A DNA stretch of 63,949 nt, the filler included, from Octopus bimaculoides (Eukaryota), in NCBI RefSeq assembly GCF_001194135.2. It is 5 parts of 4 records of this genome, joined end to end, with 100 filler letters (N's around TTAATTAATTAA, not from the genome) between each part and the next. Parts side by side here need not be neighbours in the genome. Positions count along the whole stretch, not along the records: positions 16,175 to 45,016 come from NC_068982.1; 4 more parts are not named here. The stretch is one strand, 5' to 3'. Numbering within the stretch: position 1 is the stretch's first letter; each line of letters begins with the position of its first letter. Under the pieces are notes generated by a model that was given only the letters and a program-made list of their open reading frames with translations, searched no databases and was not told the DNA's origin. Made by a program: the position numbers and the translations under genes. Of the stretch, positions 16,713 to 28,768 are shown one piece after another.

Positions 16713-16775
16713 TAAGAGATATAATTTCTATGTGAAGGCTTAAACTGTTAGAAATATCAGATACAACACCCTCTG
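16713..16775 (-). CDS. Candidate next THADA exon (phase 1 to 1): (A)EGVVSDISNSLSLHIEIISL
   Basis: Acceptor cctttttgtcaacag, donor gtaagt, correct phase. No recognisable THADA motif, and the pyrimidine tract abuts a repeat. Confidence 0.35.
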
Positions 16776-16999
16776 CTGTTGACAAAAAGGAAGGACACAT
16801 TGAATGATGAAATTATAGATATATTATGTTTGAAAAAAGAAAAAAGTAGGATGGTCATGGCTGGATCAACTTTGATCATTAGTCAGTTCAACCAGGGCTG
16901 ATATGGTATGAAACAGCAACAGCAACTAGGCTTATAAGAAACTGAGATGGGGCTAACACTAACTTACCCATAATAAAAATAAGTTCTAACTAGACTTAC

Positions 17000-17072
17000 C
17001 ATGGGCAAGAGTAGCATGTTGATATATAATAACCATGTTCTGGAATATGTTCCTAGCAGTCAATCGTATAGC
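17000..17072 (-). CDS. THADA: THADA exon (phase 0 to 1): AIRLTARNIFQNMVIIYQHATLAH
   Basis: Acceptor acttctttcag, donor gtaagt. Continues the motif as 'ALRHQTKIMFKNLLQMH'. Confidence 0.85.
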
Positions 17073-17332
17073 CTGAAAGAAGTGTAAAATCAAAATCAAT
17101 TCAATAGAATAATAAACAAATAAATTACACACGCAATATTCCAAAAAAAAACCAAAAAACTAAACATCGCCAAAACTAATTTGAAACAGAAAACTGTAAT
17201 AAGCTCAGTGAAGGGACTCAAGTGAGGTACCAATCACCTACACATCAGTTATGTTATCGAATACACTATAGAGTGTGTTTAAAAAATTTTTTATATGTCA
17301 GCCACAGAAGGATCCACAAGGTCCTGTCCTTG

Positions 17333-17735
17333 TTACAGTGTGGTGGCTTGTGCACCTCAATGATCCTGAGAGCTATGCCAGTGAAGCTCAAGCTCCTGAT
17401 AGGGCCTCCCATGCTGGTCAGGTCAAAGGATAGAAGCCAGGCAAATATGGACTGAAGTGAAAATGGGTTTGCTTAGGGTTAACAGCCCTACTGAGAAAAA
17501 AAAGTAAAGTTCCAGAAGTATTGATAACAATTCAAAACCAACAAGACATGATCGAGATAGGCCTTCCCTTAGGGAAACATGACATGGTGTAGCAAAATCT
17601 AAAAAGAAACTGCAAGGGAAAAGCAGAGTTCCAACTGGAGAGAAGCACAAAAGACAGCCCATGGTCAAGAACAGAGGAGATAAGTTGCTGATGGTCTATG
17701 CTCTAAAGGGAGTGAAGGGCTTATTTAAGTTCAAA
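17333..17735 (+). mobile_element. Short internally deleted RTE-like element (5' UTR joined to 3' end)
   Basis: 5' part gatcctgagagctatgcc...gggcctcccatg...ggtcaaagg resembles RTE 5' UTRs; 3' part resembles a decayed RTE ORF end. From pattern recall only. Confidence 0.45.
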
Positions 17736-19504
17736 AGAGTAGCTCACATGATCCTCTTACAACCTCCAAGATTGTTGGGAGGAAAAGATGAAATAATCCT
17801 CAAGCTGGATAAATGGACCAAATGGCTGCAACAGAATAGACCCTGCTAAAGGCTCCAACAACGGCCAGATAGTGGTGTTAAATCAGATGACTGATTAAAT
17901 CAACCACACACAAACAACAGTAGTTCAGTGCAGTTTCTGTTTCATCATTTATCATTATTTTACATTTACTTTCCATGTTAGCATGGGTTAGATGAATCAT
18001 CAGTCTGAGTCATGTCTTAATTGGAGTGACTGCCCTCCAGGTGGGAAAGAAGCTGTATCTTTCGCCTATATTTTATTTCTTTGACATAGTTTCTTCAGTT
18101 GTATGCTCTTCCTAACACCAACCACTTTACAATGTGTACTGGTACATTTTATCATATCAGAACCTCCGGAGAGGTTGTCTTGTCCTTGGCAAGACTAATG
18201 AGGAAGAATAGAAAACAGAACTGAGTCAAGAGGGTGACAGAAAAAATATTATGACAAGGTAAAAATAGTAATAAGAGTGAGAAGGTGACAGAGGAGGCAG
18301 TAATGAAAGAGAGAATGATAAGCTGTTGGTAAGGAAATTAAATAGCAAAACAGTATGAGCAGTATAATTAAAAAAGAGAGATCGGAGGAAAGAGAAAGGC
18401 AGGGAAATAGGAGAGAGAGAGTAATGGAAATGAAAGTGACCGGTAGGAGAGTGATAATGGAGAGTGTAATGTAAGAGAGAAAGAGTATTAGTGATACAGA
18501 TGAATGATGGTAGAGCAGCTGATGGTATGAGGGAAAGAGAAAATAATGATGTCAACAATTGGCGATTTGGGAGGGATTAATGGGGAGGAGGATTAAACAA
18601 GGAAGATCTGATGCTCTCCATTGTAACAATGATAAAAGAGAGAGTAAGTGATAGATGGGTGGGGGTGGGGGTAAAAAAGAGAGGGGGAGCATAGTAAACG
18701 AAGATCTAAGAACTTAATGAGTGAACACCACCATTTTAACATCTGTTTTGGCAGGCTTGTGTGATCAGGTCTTCGCCAACAACACATTTCACCTTTTGTT
18801 GTGGTCCTTTCTCATTTCTATTGGGTGGGAGACTTTTGTGTATCTATGTGTCCATTCCTGTATGTGTGCAAACAGACACACATACATATAGCATGCCAAA
18901 ACTGAGACACTGGAGAAAAATGTAGCCCTCAAACCCATTGGATCTTGTCAAAACAGGCAACTCAAACCAACATAGAAAGTAGATGGGAAAATATCAATAT
19001 TTAACATCCACTTTCCCAACATCACTTGCGTTGACAGTGATGTTCTTTTACAACCATCACATGATGTTATGATAAGGGTGGGTGGNNNNNNNNNNNNNNN
19101 NNNNNNGTGGGTACATACATACATACATGTACACACACACACACTGGCACTTCATTGGTAGGGTTCCAGTTGATCCAATGAATGGGACAACCTGCTCATG
19201 AAATTAATGTGGTTAAGCACTCCACAGACATGTACCCTTAACAGTTCTCAGAGAGAATGTGACAAGGCTGGTCCTTTGAAATATAAGTACAATTCATTTT
19301 TGCCAGCTGAGTGGACTGGAGCAATGAGAAATAAAACGCCTTGCTCAAGGACACAATGCAGTGCCAGGAATTGAACTTATGACCTGATGATCATGAGCTA
19401 AGTACCCTAACCACTAAGCCACATGCCTTCAGTACAAACACACACATATAAACACAATGGGCTTCTTTCAGTTTCCATCTACTAAATCCACTCACAAGAC
19501 TTTG

Positions 19505-19711
19505 TGTTGTGCGGATGCCCCCAAACAATAAGTAGACTAGTCCAATACGTATAAATAGTGGACGTGATAGCTAGACAAGAAACGTCGCGTAGAGCGAGCT
19601 GAAGCTGTTAATAAACTAGATGTCGAGTTTGGTTGTTGGAAGTGAGAGTTCGGTAGTTGAGTAGAGGTATGTTACTGGTGAAGGCACGCCATCTGAACAT
19701 GCGATATAACA
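19505..19711 (+). mobile_element. Solo LTR (207 bp) inserted into a SINE within a THADA intron
   Basis: TGTT...AACA ends; 5-bp TSD CTTTG (19500-19504, 19712-19716); CCAAT 19542, TATAAATA 19550, AATAAA 19610; it splits a SINE cleanly. Confidence 0.8.
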
Positions 19712-19959
19712 CTTTGGTTGGCCCAGGGCTAAAGTTAAAAAGATTTGTCTAAGGTGCCGTATAGTGGGACTGAACCCAAGACCACATAGTTGGGAAGGAA
19801 GCTTCTAAACAACCCCCACCTCCAAATACACACACACACACACGTGTGGCAACATGTTATTATAATATATTAGCAGTATTAACCATGATATAACCTGAAG
19901 AGAAATTTAGTGAAGTGTAAGCAAAGAAAGAAGTTAAAAAGCACTACAATTCTACTTAC

Positions 19960-20077
19960 ATCAGAGTGATCCTCCCAAGCTGTCCATATGAAGTCCATGA
20001 TGCGAGAAAACATACCATGCTTGGCCAAAAGAGAAACTATGTGAATCTGCTCAATTCTCCCTTCTTTCAGAGCTATA
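19960..20077 (-). CDS. THADA: THADA exon (phase 2 to 0): IALKEGRIEQIHIVSLLAKHGMFSRIMDFIWTAWEDHSD
   Basis: Acceptor ttatgttctcaacag, donor gtaagt. 'IMDFIWTAWEDHSD' matches the THADA/Trm732 motif 'LLEYVYTHWEHPLD'. Confidence 0.88.
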
Positions 20078-20468
20078 CTGTTGAGAACATAAAAAAATGA
20101 ATAATGTCACATCAAATAAAATAACATTGAGCAACACATTAGAATATATGCAGTTGTTGGTTTGCCATTGAAATTATCTTCATGTAAGCGTTTTCCATGT
20201 TGGCATGGGTTGGATAAGATTTTATTCTATCTTTTCTCTTTTACTTGTTTCAATCATTAGACTGCAGCCATGCTGAGGTACTGTATTGAGGAATTTTTAG
20301 CTGGTTCAATCAACCTCAGTAATCATTTCTTTCTTTTTAAACCTGGTACTTATTCTATAGATCTCTCTTGCTGAACTGTTAAATTATGGGGATATAAAGA
20401 CACTAACACTGGTTGTCAAGTGGTGGTGGGAGACAAACACAAAGTCATACACACACACACACAAATAA

Positions 20469-20507
<39 letters not shown>

Positions 20508-20514
<7 letters not shown>

Positions 20515-20872
20515 GCACTCCGTCGCTTACGACGTTGAGGGTTCCAGTTGATCCAATCAACGGAACAGCAAGCTCGTGAAATTAACGTGCAAGTGGCTGA
20601 GCACTCCACAAACACGTGTACCCTTAATGTAGTTCTCGGGGATATTCAGCGTGACAGTGTGACAAGGCTGACCCTTTGAATTACAGGTACAACAGAAACA
20701 GGAAGTAAGAGTGAGAGAAAGTTGTGGTGGAAGAGTACAGCAGGATTTGCCACCATCCCCTGCCGGAACCTCGTGGAGCTTTAGGTGTTTTCGCTCAATA
20801 AACACTCACATTGCCCGGTCTGGGAATCGAAACTGCGAGTCCACTGCCCTAACCACTGGGCCATTGCGCCTC

Positions 20873-20874
<2 letters not shown>
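20508..20874 (-). mobile_element. SINE family A, young copy in a THADA intron
   Basis: Near-identical to 859-1241; CpGs retained. Confidence 0.85.
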
Positions 20875-20914
<40 letters not shown>

Positions 20915-21886
20915 ATCATCATCATCATCATTTAACATCCATTTTCCATGCTGGCATTTGTTGGATGGTCAGACTGAGAACTGGTAAACTGGGGAGCTGC
21001 ATCAGGTTCCAATCTGATTTGGCATGGTTTCTATGACTGCATGCCCTTCTTAATGCCAACCACTTAAAGAGTGTAGTGGGTGCTTTTTACATGCCACTGA
21101 TGCGACACTGGCATTGGCCATGACTACCATCTCACTTGGCTTGACAGGTCTTCTCAAGCATGTTATATCACCAAAGGTCTTGGTCACCTGTCAGTGCCTC
21201 CGTGAGGCTCAATGCTCGAATGGTACTTTTTACATGCCACCAGTACAAGTGCCAGTCACACAGCACTGGCATCAGCCATGACTATGATTTCACATTGTTT
21301 GACATGTCTTGTCAAGCACAGTATATTGCTCAATGTCCAACAGGTGCTTGTTACATGCCAGTTAAGTGACACTGGCATCAGCCACAACTACGATCTCACT
21401 TGGCTTGCGGGGACAGTTTAAATGGTTAGCTTATGAAAACTAGCTGTTAGTAAGTAGGACTGGCTCTTGTGCGGGTGGCACATAAAATACACCATTTTGA
21501 GCGTGGCCGTTGCCAGTACTGTCNNNNNNNNNNNNNNNNNNNNNNNNNNNNNNNNNNNNNNNNNGGGGACAGTTTAAATGGTTAGCTTATGAAAACTAGC
21601 TGTTAGTAAGTAGGACTGGCTTTTGTGCGGGTGGCACATAAAATACACCATTTTGAGCGTGGCCGTTGCCAGTACCGTCTGACTGGCCTTCGTGCCGGTG
21701 GCACGTAAAAGTACCCACTACACTCTTGGAGTGGTTGGCGTTAGGAAGGGCATCCAGCTGTAGAAACTCTGCCAAATCAGATTGGAGCCTGGTGTTGCCA
21801 TCCGGTTTCACCAGTCCTCAGTCAAATCGTCCAACCCATGCTAGCATGGAAAGCAGACGTTAAACGATGATGATGATGATGATGAT
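20915..21886. mobile_element. Cluster of RTE-tail non-autonomous repeats in both orientations
   Basis: aacccatgc(t/c)agcatggaaagc...(gat)n tails; similar copies at about 24870-25230, 26290-26720 and 31960-32130. Confidence 0.6.
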
Positions 21887-22251
21887 GTTAATGGTGAATG
21901 AATGTACGAAAGATCGAAAAAAAAAAACGAGTGAATCTTACTAACAGCTAGATGAAGACAAATATCCATCAAATGTAAATAATGTTTAGGTTATTTGTTA
22001 AATTTCTTTTGTCACACATACTGTGACTTCTTCAACAACTTTCTGACCCATGTGTCTTCCAACCAAAAGCTAAAGCTAAAGTGAAGATCAAATAAATACT
22101 ATGTGTGTTTAATTGGCTAGAGATGGCTATCCCCAAGTATAATATTATCTGTTTCAACACATGATTTCACATCAAAAATCTTGCAAAACAAACAGATAAA
22201 TGTATAAAGTGCTTATAAGAAAATAAGATAACAAATTAGCATTTAGCTTAC

Positions 22252-22317
22252 CCCATTTTAGATGTCCATAAAATCAGGGACCTACAGCCCAAAAGTTTGG
22301 TACCAACATTTTCACTC
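22252..22317 (-). CDS. THADA: THADA exon (phase 2 to 2): SENVGTKLLGCRSLILWTSKM(G)
   Basis: Acceptor ttttgttttag, donor gtaagc. Resembles 'EMFLSRILASWTNS'. Confidence 0.8.
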
Positions 22318-23748
22318 CTAAAACAAAAATTTATTGAATTTATTGAAACTCTCAAATATCATTAACAGACATTTTACAACTCTAAAAAAATTATTTAATT
22401 TTTAAGTATCTGTTTATCATCAACACACCTGAGTAACATCCATCCAGAGTCAATAAAGGACAACTACATCATCGTTCAAGTTGTTAAAAATTGCAGCCAA
22501 ATCTCCTCAGATGAAATCCTTCTGTCTTAGAAAAGAACATATTGGATAAAGTAGTTCTGCCTGCACTGTATCTAATTGAATCACACAAATGTAGATCAGA
22601 GAGCAGTTAGGAGAGGGCATGTGCCTTTAGTGGTCAGGGTGATCTTAGATACACGGGGTTCTTTGACTGGCCATATATGAAGGTTCTTTTCTATCACCCC
22701 TGTATTCATATCTTTTTTATACTATGTGTATTTTTCTTCTCATTTTTGCACCCACCATTTTTGCACCCACCATTTTGCCTCCTCAAATCGTTTTAGGCAA
22801 ACCCTCATATATTGTAACCAATTGTTGTAATATCTCCTCTATCTGACCCCCATTGCAAATAAATCATCATCATTACTATTATTAAACTGCAAGCTAGCAA
22901 TATCATTAGCATACAGGACTAAATGCTTAGCAGCATTTCTTCATGCTCTTTATGTACTGAGCACAAATACTACTGAGGTCAACTAAGTCTTTCATCCTTT
23001 TGGGATTGATGAAATAAAGTACCAGCCAAGTAATGGAATTGATGTAATTGACTACTTAGCAATCACTAAAATTGCTGGCTTTGTACCAAAATTTTAAACC
23101 ATCATCATTATTACCAGGAGTTCAAATAAAGTGGTAAGCTGGCAGAATCATTAGCATGCAGGGCAAAATGCTTCACAGCATTTCATCTGTTTTTACGTTC
23201 TGAGTTCAAATTCTGCCAAGGTTGACATTGCCTTTCNNNNNNNNNNNNNNNNNNNNNNNNNNNNNNNNNNNNNNNNNNNNNNNNNTGCCTTTAGTAGAAA
23301 GAATTATTATGAGTTCAGATTCTATGAAAATCAACTTTATTTATCAACCTTGAAAGAATGAAAAGCAAAGAACCAGGCAAGTAAGGGGTCAATGAAATTG
23401 ATTAGCCAACCCGACCCCAACCCTGCCACCTCCAAATTTCAAACCTCAAGCCTGTATTAGAAACAAGTCATCATCATCATTTTTGTTATTATTTTTTCAT
23501 GTTTATATCAAATCTTCCCACTTTTATACACAATCTTCTTGCATTCTTTGTTATTTCTCAAATCTTCCAAAGAAGAAAAAACAGTAAGGGGCAACTGACC
23601 AGCTGACTGATAGTTTGGACTGTTCCACAGTCACAAACAGGAGATACCACATTGTGCTCCCATTTCATTTTGGGAGTGTCTATGAATTGTGCTAGCACTA
23701 TTTTCAATCTTTTGACAAATCAACCAAAGGATGCTAATGATTCCTTAC

Positions 23749-24005
23749 CTGGATATATTGACAAACAGTTGTCTTAGAACAATAGTGAATATAGTGCAGT
23801 CTTCAGGTAAATGGTTGTTTTCTTTAAGGTAAGGTTGAGTTAGTTTTTCCAGAGGAATTACTGCTAGCATGGCAAATATTACTGACAATGAAGAAGAAGC
23901 TGATAACTCTGAAAGTGTTGGACTTGATAGTTCTGCATTTTGAAACCAATGAGGAAATGTTGACAACTGACATGGTGTATGTTTATGATCAAGCAATGAA
24001 GAAAG
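23749..24005 (-). CDS. THADA: THADA exon (phase 0 to 2): LSSLLDHKHTPCQLSTFPHWF...SVIFAMLAVI...QLFVNIS(R)
   Basis: ORF 23745..24017(-). Acceptor tttgcttttccag, donor gtaagg. 'FPHWF' and 'FAMLAV' resemble THADA 'VPEWF' and 'GTLAML'. Confidence 0.85.
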
Positions 24006-24719
24006 CTGGAAAAGCAAAAAATATATGTATTAATAACAATTAATAACATTTAATTATTAACTACTAAGTTTTGGCTCTCTTTCATCCTTTTTTAATCTTA
24101 GACTTTGACCACTCTCAGTATCAATCTGTCTTTTTCACTCTTGCTGTCTATTTTTCTCTAATTCTCACTCACTTTCTTTTGCTTCAAAGTTATACAGAAA
24201 GGATTCATCTCTCCAAAAGAAAAGTGAGATAAAAACAAAATCATAATGTCCACTTTTCCATGCTAGAATGGGTGAGATGGAATTTGTTGAAGTGGATTTT
24301 CTAAGTTAGATACTCTTCCTGTCACCAACCTTCACCTGTTTCCAAGTAAGGTAATATTTCCCAATGATCAGAAATATTTTCCCAGAAGATTGGAAGCAAA
24401 GGACACCATCTGCATGATGGTGATGGTTACACTCACTTAAAACTATCATGTGATGTCAAGGCAAAGAGATAGTAACACATGCATAAACACAATGGGCTTC
24501 TTTCAGTTTCTACCCACCAAATCTACTCACAAGGCTTTGGCTGACCTGAGGCTACAGTAAAAGACATTCGCCCAAAGTGCCATGCAGTGGAACTGAGCCC
24601 AAAACCATGTGAAATTTCTTACCAGAATGCCATGCCTGCACCTAATATAAAATACAAGATAAAAATAAAATTTTGAAAAAAATGAAACTGATCAAATTTC
24701 TTTACACCAGACAACTTAC

Positions 24720-24808
24720 TAACAATCCACTGTTGTTGTGATCCCATAACTGCAGAAGTAGTACGAACGTCATGGCACCATTAGTTCGGCATTCAATTAA
24801 CATCTTCT
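24720..24808 (-). CDS. THADA: THADA exon (phase 1 to 0): KMLIECRTNGAMTFVLLLQLWDHNNSGLL
   Basis: Acceptor ttctttaattcag, donor gtaagt. Resembles THADA 'LLQTVQSTSGLAIILFIK'. Confidence 0.8.
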
Positions 24809-27484
24809 CTGAATTAAAGAACAGAAACTAATGAATATCAATATAACAACAGAACAAATTAAACATTCATCATCATCATTTAACATCTGTTTTCCATGCT
24901 GGCATGGGTTGGACGGTTTGACAGGAGCTGATCAGTTAAAGAGCTGTCCAGGTTCCAAGTCTGTGTTGGCATAGTTTTTATGGCTGAAGCCCTTCCTAAT
25001 GCCAACCACTTTACAGAGTGTACTGGGTGCTTTTACACAGCACCAGCATGGGAGCTTTTATATGGTACTGGCACAGGTGCTTTTTATGTGGCACTGGCAC
25101 CCACAAGCCTGCGAGATTAGGATTACTCAGCTGAAGAGGGATGCAGGAGGCATGCCTGTATGCAAGGACAACTGCACTTTTACTTAGCTTGATGCGTCTT
25201 CTCAAGCACAGTAAATCACCTGAAGTCTCAGCCCCTTATTTCTAATAACAAAGATGACAGAATTGTAAGAGTCAGAAAAAATGCTTTGCGATATTTTTAC
25301 TCTTTCCTTACACACTGAGTTCAAATTCTGCCAAGATTAACTCAGCCCTTCTTCCGGCATAATAAAATAAATACTAGTCAAGTACTGAGGTCAATGTAAG
25401 TGATTAAACCACATCACTTAAAAATGACTGGCCTTGTGCCTCAGTTATGCAAAATTATTTCTAATAGCTCATATTTTCAAAGGGCTTTACAAACGAGAAA
25501 CAGCTTAACTCCTAAAAATCAGATTATGCTTAGATGCCATTCGCATGCAAGTATGACTTGGTAGTTTGTACCTTGTTTTTACTAATTGTTTTAGGTGTCT
25601 ACAGAATTGCAAGCAGACACAGAAACACTCTTAGCACTCCTCAGTGTCTTACATAGAAAGACATTGAGGATGTGACAGATGAAGGAGAGAGAGGGGGGGA
25701 GCTGCACCAGCACTCAGTTGGTACTCATCTGCAGTTGAATAGAGTGGAGCAGTGTGAAATAATGTCTTGCTCAAAAATGACATATTGCCATCTGGTCCAG
25801 GAACTGCACTCAGGAAAGTGACATTATGATTATGAGCCCAACACTCTAATCACAAAACCATGTTGTATGGTTAGGGCATTAGGTTCACAATTTTTAAAAT
25901 GCTGATTCTCAAGGAGAAACATTAAATTCAGGAATAGTAAAACAGATAAACAGGTATAAAGTGAGAGTACAAACTACCATGGAATGAAGTCATTGTAACA
26001 GACTGATAACAGTGGTGGGAGCACTGAAAAATAAGACAGTGCATCATTATCATTTAATCATTATCTTTTACTTGTTTTAGGCATTGAGCTGTGGCCATGC
26101 TGGGGAACTACTTTGAAGGGTTTAGTCAAACAAATCAACTTTAGTACATATTTTGAAGTCTGACACTTATTCTACCAGTCTCTTTTGCTGAACTACTAAG
26201 TTACAGAGATGTAAACAAACCAATGCTTGTTGTCATGCAGTGGGGGTGGGATGACAGACTCAGACACAAAGACACACAGATACATCATCACCATTTACTG
26301 TCTAATTTCCCATGTTGGCATAAGCTGAACGGTTTCACAGGAGCTGGTACATCAGAGAACTGCACCAGGCTCTGTTGTCTGTTTTGGCATGGTTTCTGTG
26401 GAGGTGTATGGCTTCATGGTTAAGGTGTTGGCCTCATGATCATAAGATCGTGGTTTCAATCCCTGGACCAGGTGACGCGTTGTGTTCTTGAGCAAAACAC
26501 TTCATTTCATGTTGCTCCAGTCCATTCAGCTGGCAAAAATGAGCAATCATGCGACAGACCAGTGTCCCGTCCAGGTGGGGAATTTATACACCATGGAAAC
26601 TGGGAAACCAGCCCTTATGTGTCAGCATGACTCGAGAAGGTTAAAATAAAAAAGGTTGGCATGGTTTCTACAGCTGGAAATCCTTCCTAATGCCATTTTA
26701 CAATGTGTACTGCGTGCTTTTTATGTGACACCAGCATCAGCAGGGTCACCAAATAATTTGCAACACAAAGAACCTTTTACAGGAATAAGCAGCAGGAATA
26801 TTTAACATAGAAATTAAACCTTAATCACTATGTCTAATGCAAAAAAACAACTCAAGAATACGATTGCAATTTGCTAGAATATTACCAATGTCATAAAATA
26901 ATCTGACCATCTAAGACTTCTTGTGAAACCAGATCTAATAACAATTTCATCTTTAGTGCACTTTTTCTGAGCAAAACCACCACTCAGTACATTGGAGCTA
27001 CTGCTGACAGAGAGCAAACATCAGGCTGGATACAGAAGACAGTAGTACAACCAGCAGCTGGCTAGAGTGCTGTCATAACAATGGACAGACAGTGACCACA
27101 ACATACAATGATCAGCTAACAGCACAATAGCAACTACTACGATACCTAGTCCAAGAACAATAAGCTTCAATCTATCTCAGTGTTTGATGTTTGTAGTAAC
27201 ATTTTTTTTTGTTTACAATAAAAATAAATATATTTTCTTACCAAAGTTCACAAACAGATTTCAGTGGTCTTTGTCATAACTTATATATACACACACAGAC
27301 ACACAATGAACTTCCACACAGTCTCTGTCTATCATGTTCACTCAAAATGGACTGGTCAGCCCAGAGCTATTGTAGATGACACTCATGGCGCCATGCAGTA
27401 GGACGGAACCCAAAATTACGTACTTGTAGAGTAAATTGGATGCATTTAAGCATAAAGACATAATACTTTGATCATTAACATTAC

Positions 27485-27672
27485 CTTCTTGAATGAGAAT
27501 TAAAGCTGTTGATGCCAGCTGTGCTGAAATTGTGTCCATTTCATCAGTGTTGGAAGATATTGCATTGGTATAAGCTGCAGAGAATTTCTGTAAAACTTTA
27601 TTCACTGCTTTTGATGTCGACAGACAGTGATGCATGATTTCATTACATTGTACAGGTGGGATGTTGGTGAGG
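27485..27672 (-). CDS. THADA: THADA exon (phase 2 to 1): LTNIPPVQCNEIMHHCLSTSKAVNKVLQKFSAAYTNAISSNTDEMDTISAQLASTALILIQE(E)
   Basis: Overlaps ORF 27342..27635(-). Acceptor tttctttgttag, donor AAG|gtaatg. With this donor the alignment to recalled THADA 'LMNDLL...LVQKV...KVLSDDDLL' needs no gap. Confidence 0.8.
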
Positions 27673-27699
27673 CTAACAAAGAAACAGAAACATACACTA

Positions 27700-28150
27700 G
27701 GTGATGACTTGACAACTATAACACTGGTAATGGGAGAGGTAGTGATAATAGTAGATGAAGTGATAACGATAGATGTACTGATAATGATGGATGTAATGGT
27801 AATGACAGGAGTAGTGGTAATGACAGTGGTAGTGATAGAGATAGTGGTAATGACAAAGATAGTGGTAATGACAGGAGTAGTGGTAATGACAGTGGTAGTG
27901 ATAGAGATAGTGGTAATGACAAAGATAGTGGTAATGACAGAGATAGTGGTAATGATGAAGGTTATGGTAATAACAGTAGTAATGTTAAAGGTAGTGGTAA
28001 CGGTGGAGGAAGTGGTAATGATGGAAGTGATGGTAATGACAAAGATAGTGGTAATGATGGAAGTAATAGTAATGACAGGTTAGTGGTAATGAGAAGGACA
28101 GTGATAATGATGGGAAACAATTATAATAGTTATAATAGTGGTGGTGGTAA
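27700..28150. repeat. Degenerate purine-rich minisatellite (GTAGTGGTAATGACA-like units)
   Basis: Repeated gatagtggtaatgaca(a/g)a units; includes an exact 60-bp duplication (27811-27870 / 27871-27930). Confidence 0.85.
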
Positions 28151-28623
28151 TAGTCAAGGGTAAAAGCAATGAAAACCAATGAGTGTTCTCATGTCTGGGT
28201 CAAATAGATTTACTATCAAAAGACATGACCTACCATAACTATTTTTTTTTGTTGTTTTTTCAGACTATATTATCCAATGTTGCCTTCCTTTCTTTTAAAA
28301 TGGTAGGGTATGATTTAAGGGAGATTTGGTTGTTATTTCCACCAGTTCAAACAACCAGATAGTGGTCGCTTTGTTAACTCAAGAACATTTAAGTCTTATT
28401 GTGTTAATAAGGAGATGATGATAATGATATGGAAAGTGGTAATGAAGATCTGCAATAATAACACAAGACAGGTAGTAATAGAAATGTATGAGACAGGAAT
28501 ATTGATGGGACTCTGATAGTAACAGGGACAGAAGTTGAAAAGATGAAACAGAAAGACAAGTAAAGATGAATTGAGATAATAGTTTTGAAAATGACATATA
28601 AACACACACACACAATCCAAATA

Positions 28624-28768
28624 AGACAAAGAAATGCTTTAACATATCTTTAATGATTAGTTACAATTGTTTCTGTACCAACTCTTCTTGCAATGCCAGT
28701 TGCACGCAGAGTTTTACAGAAACAATTGTAACCGATCATTAAAGATATGTTAAAGCATTTCTTTGTCT
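28624..28768. repeat. 145-bp hairpin (54-bp arms) in a THADA intron
   Basis: agacaaagaaatgc...ttctgta (28624-28677) is the reverse complement of 28715-28768 with 2 mismatches. Confidence 0.9.

Noticed and set aside
21409-21682. Direct duplication of about 115 bp across a short gap (21409-21523 / 21565-21682)
   Set aside because: Typical unmerged contig overlap or allelic variant at a gap.
25590-25680. Plus-strand exon-like segment (ttttag|GTGTCTACAG...)
   Set aside because: Ends in a stop with no donor or homology; adjacent to a SINE.
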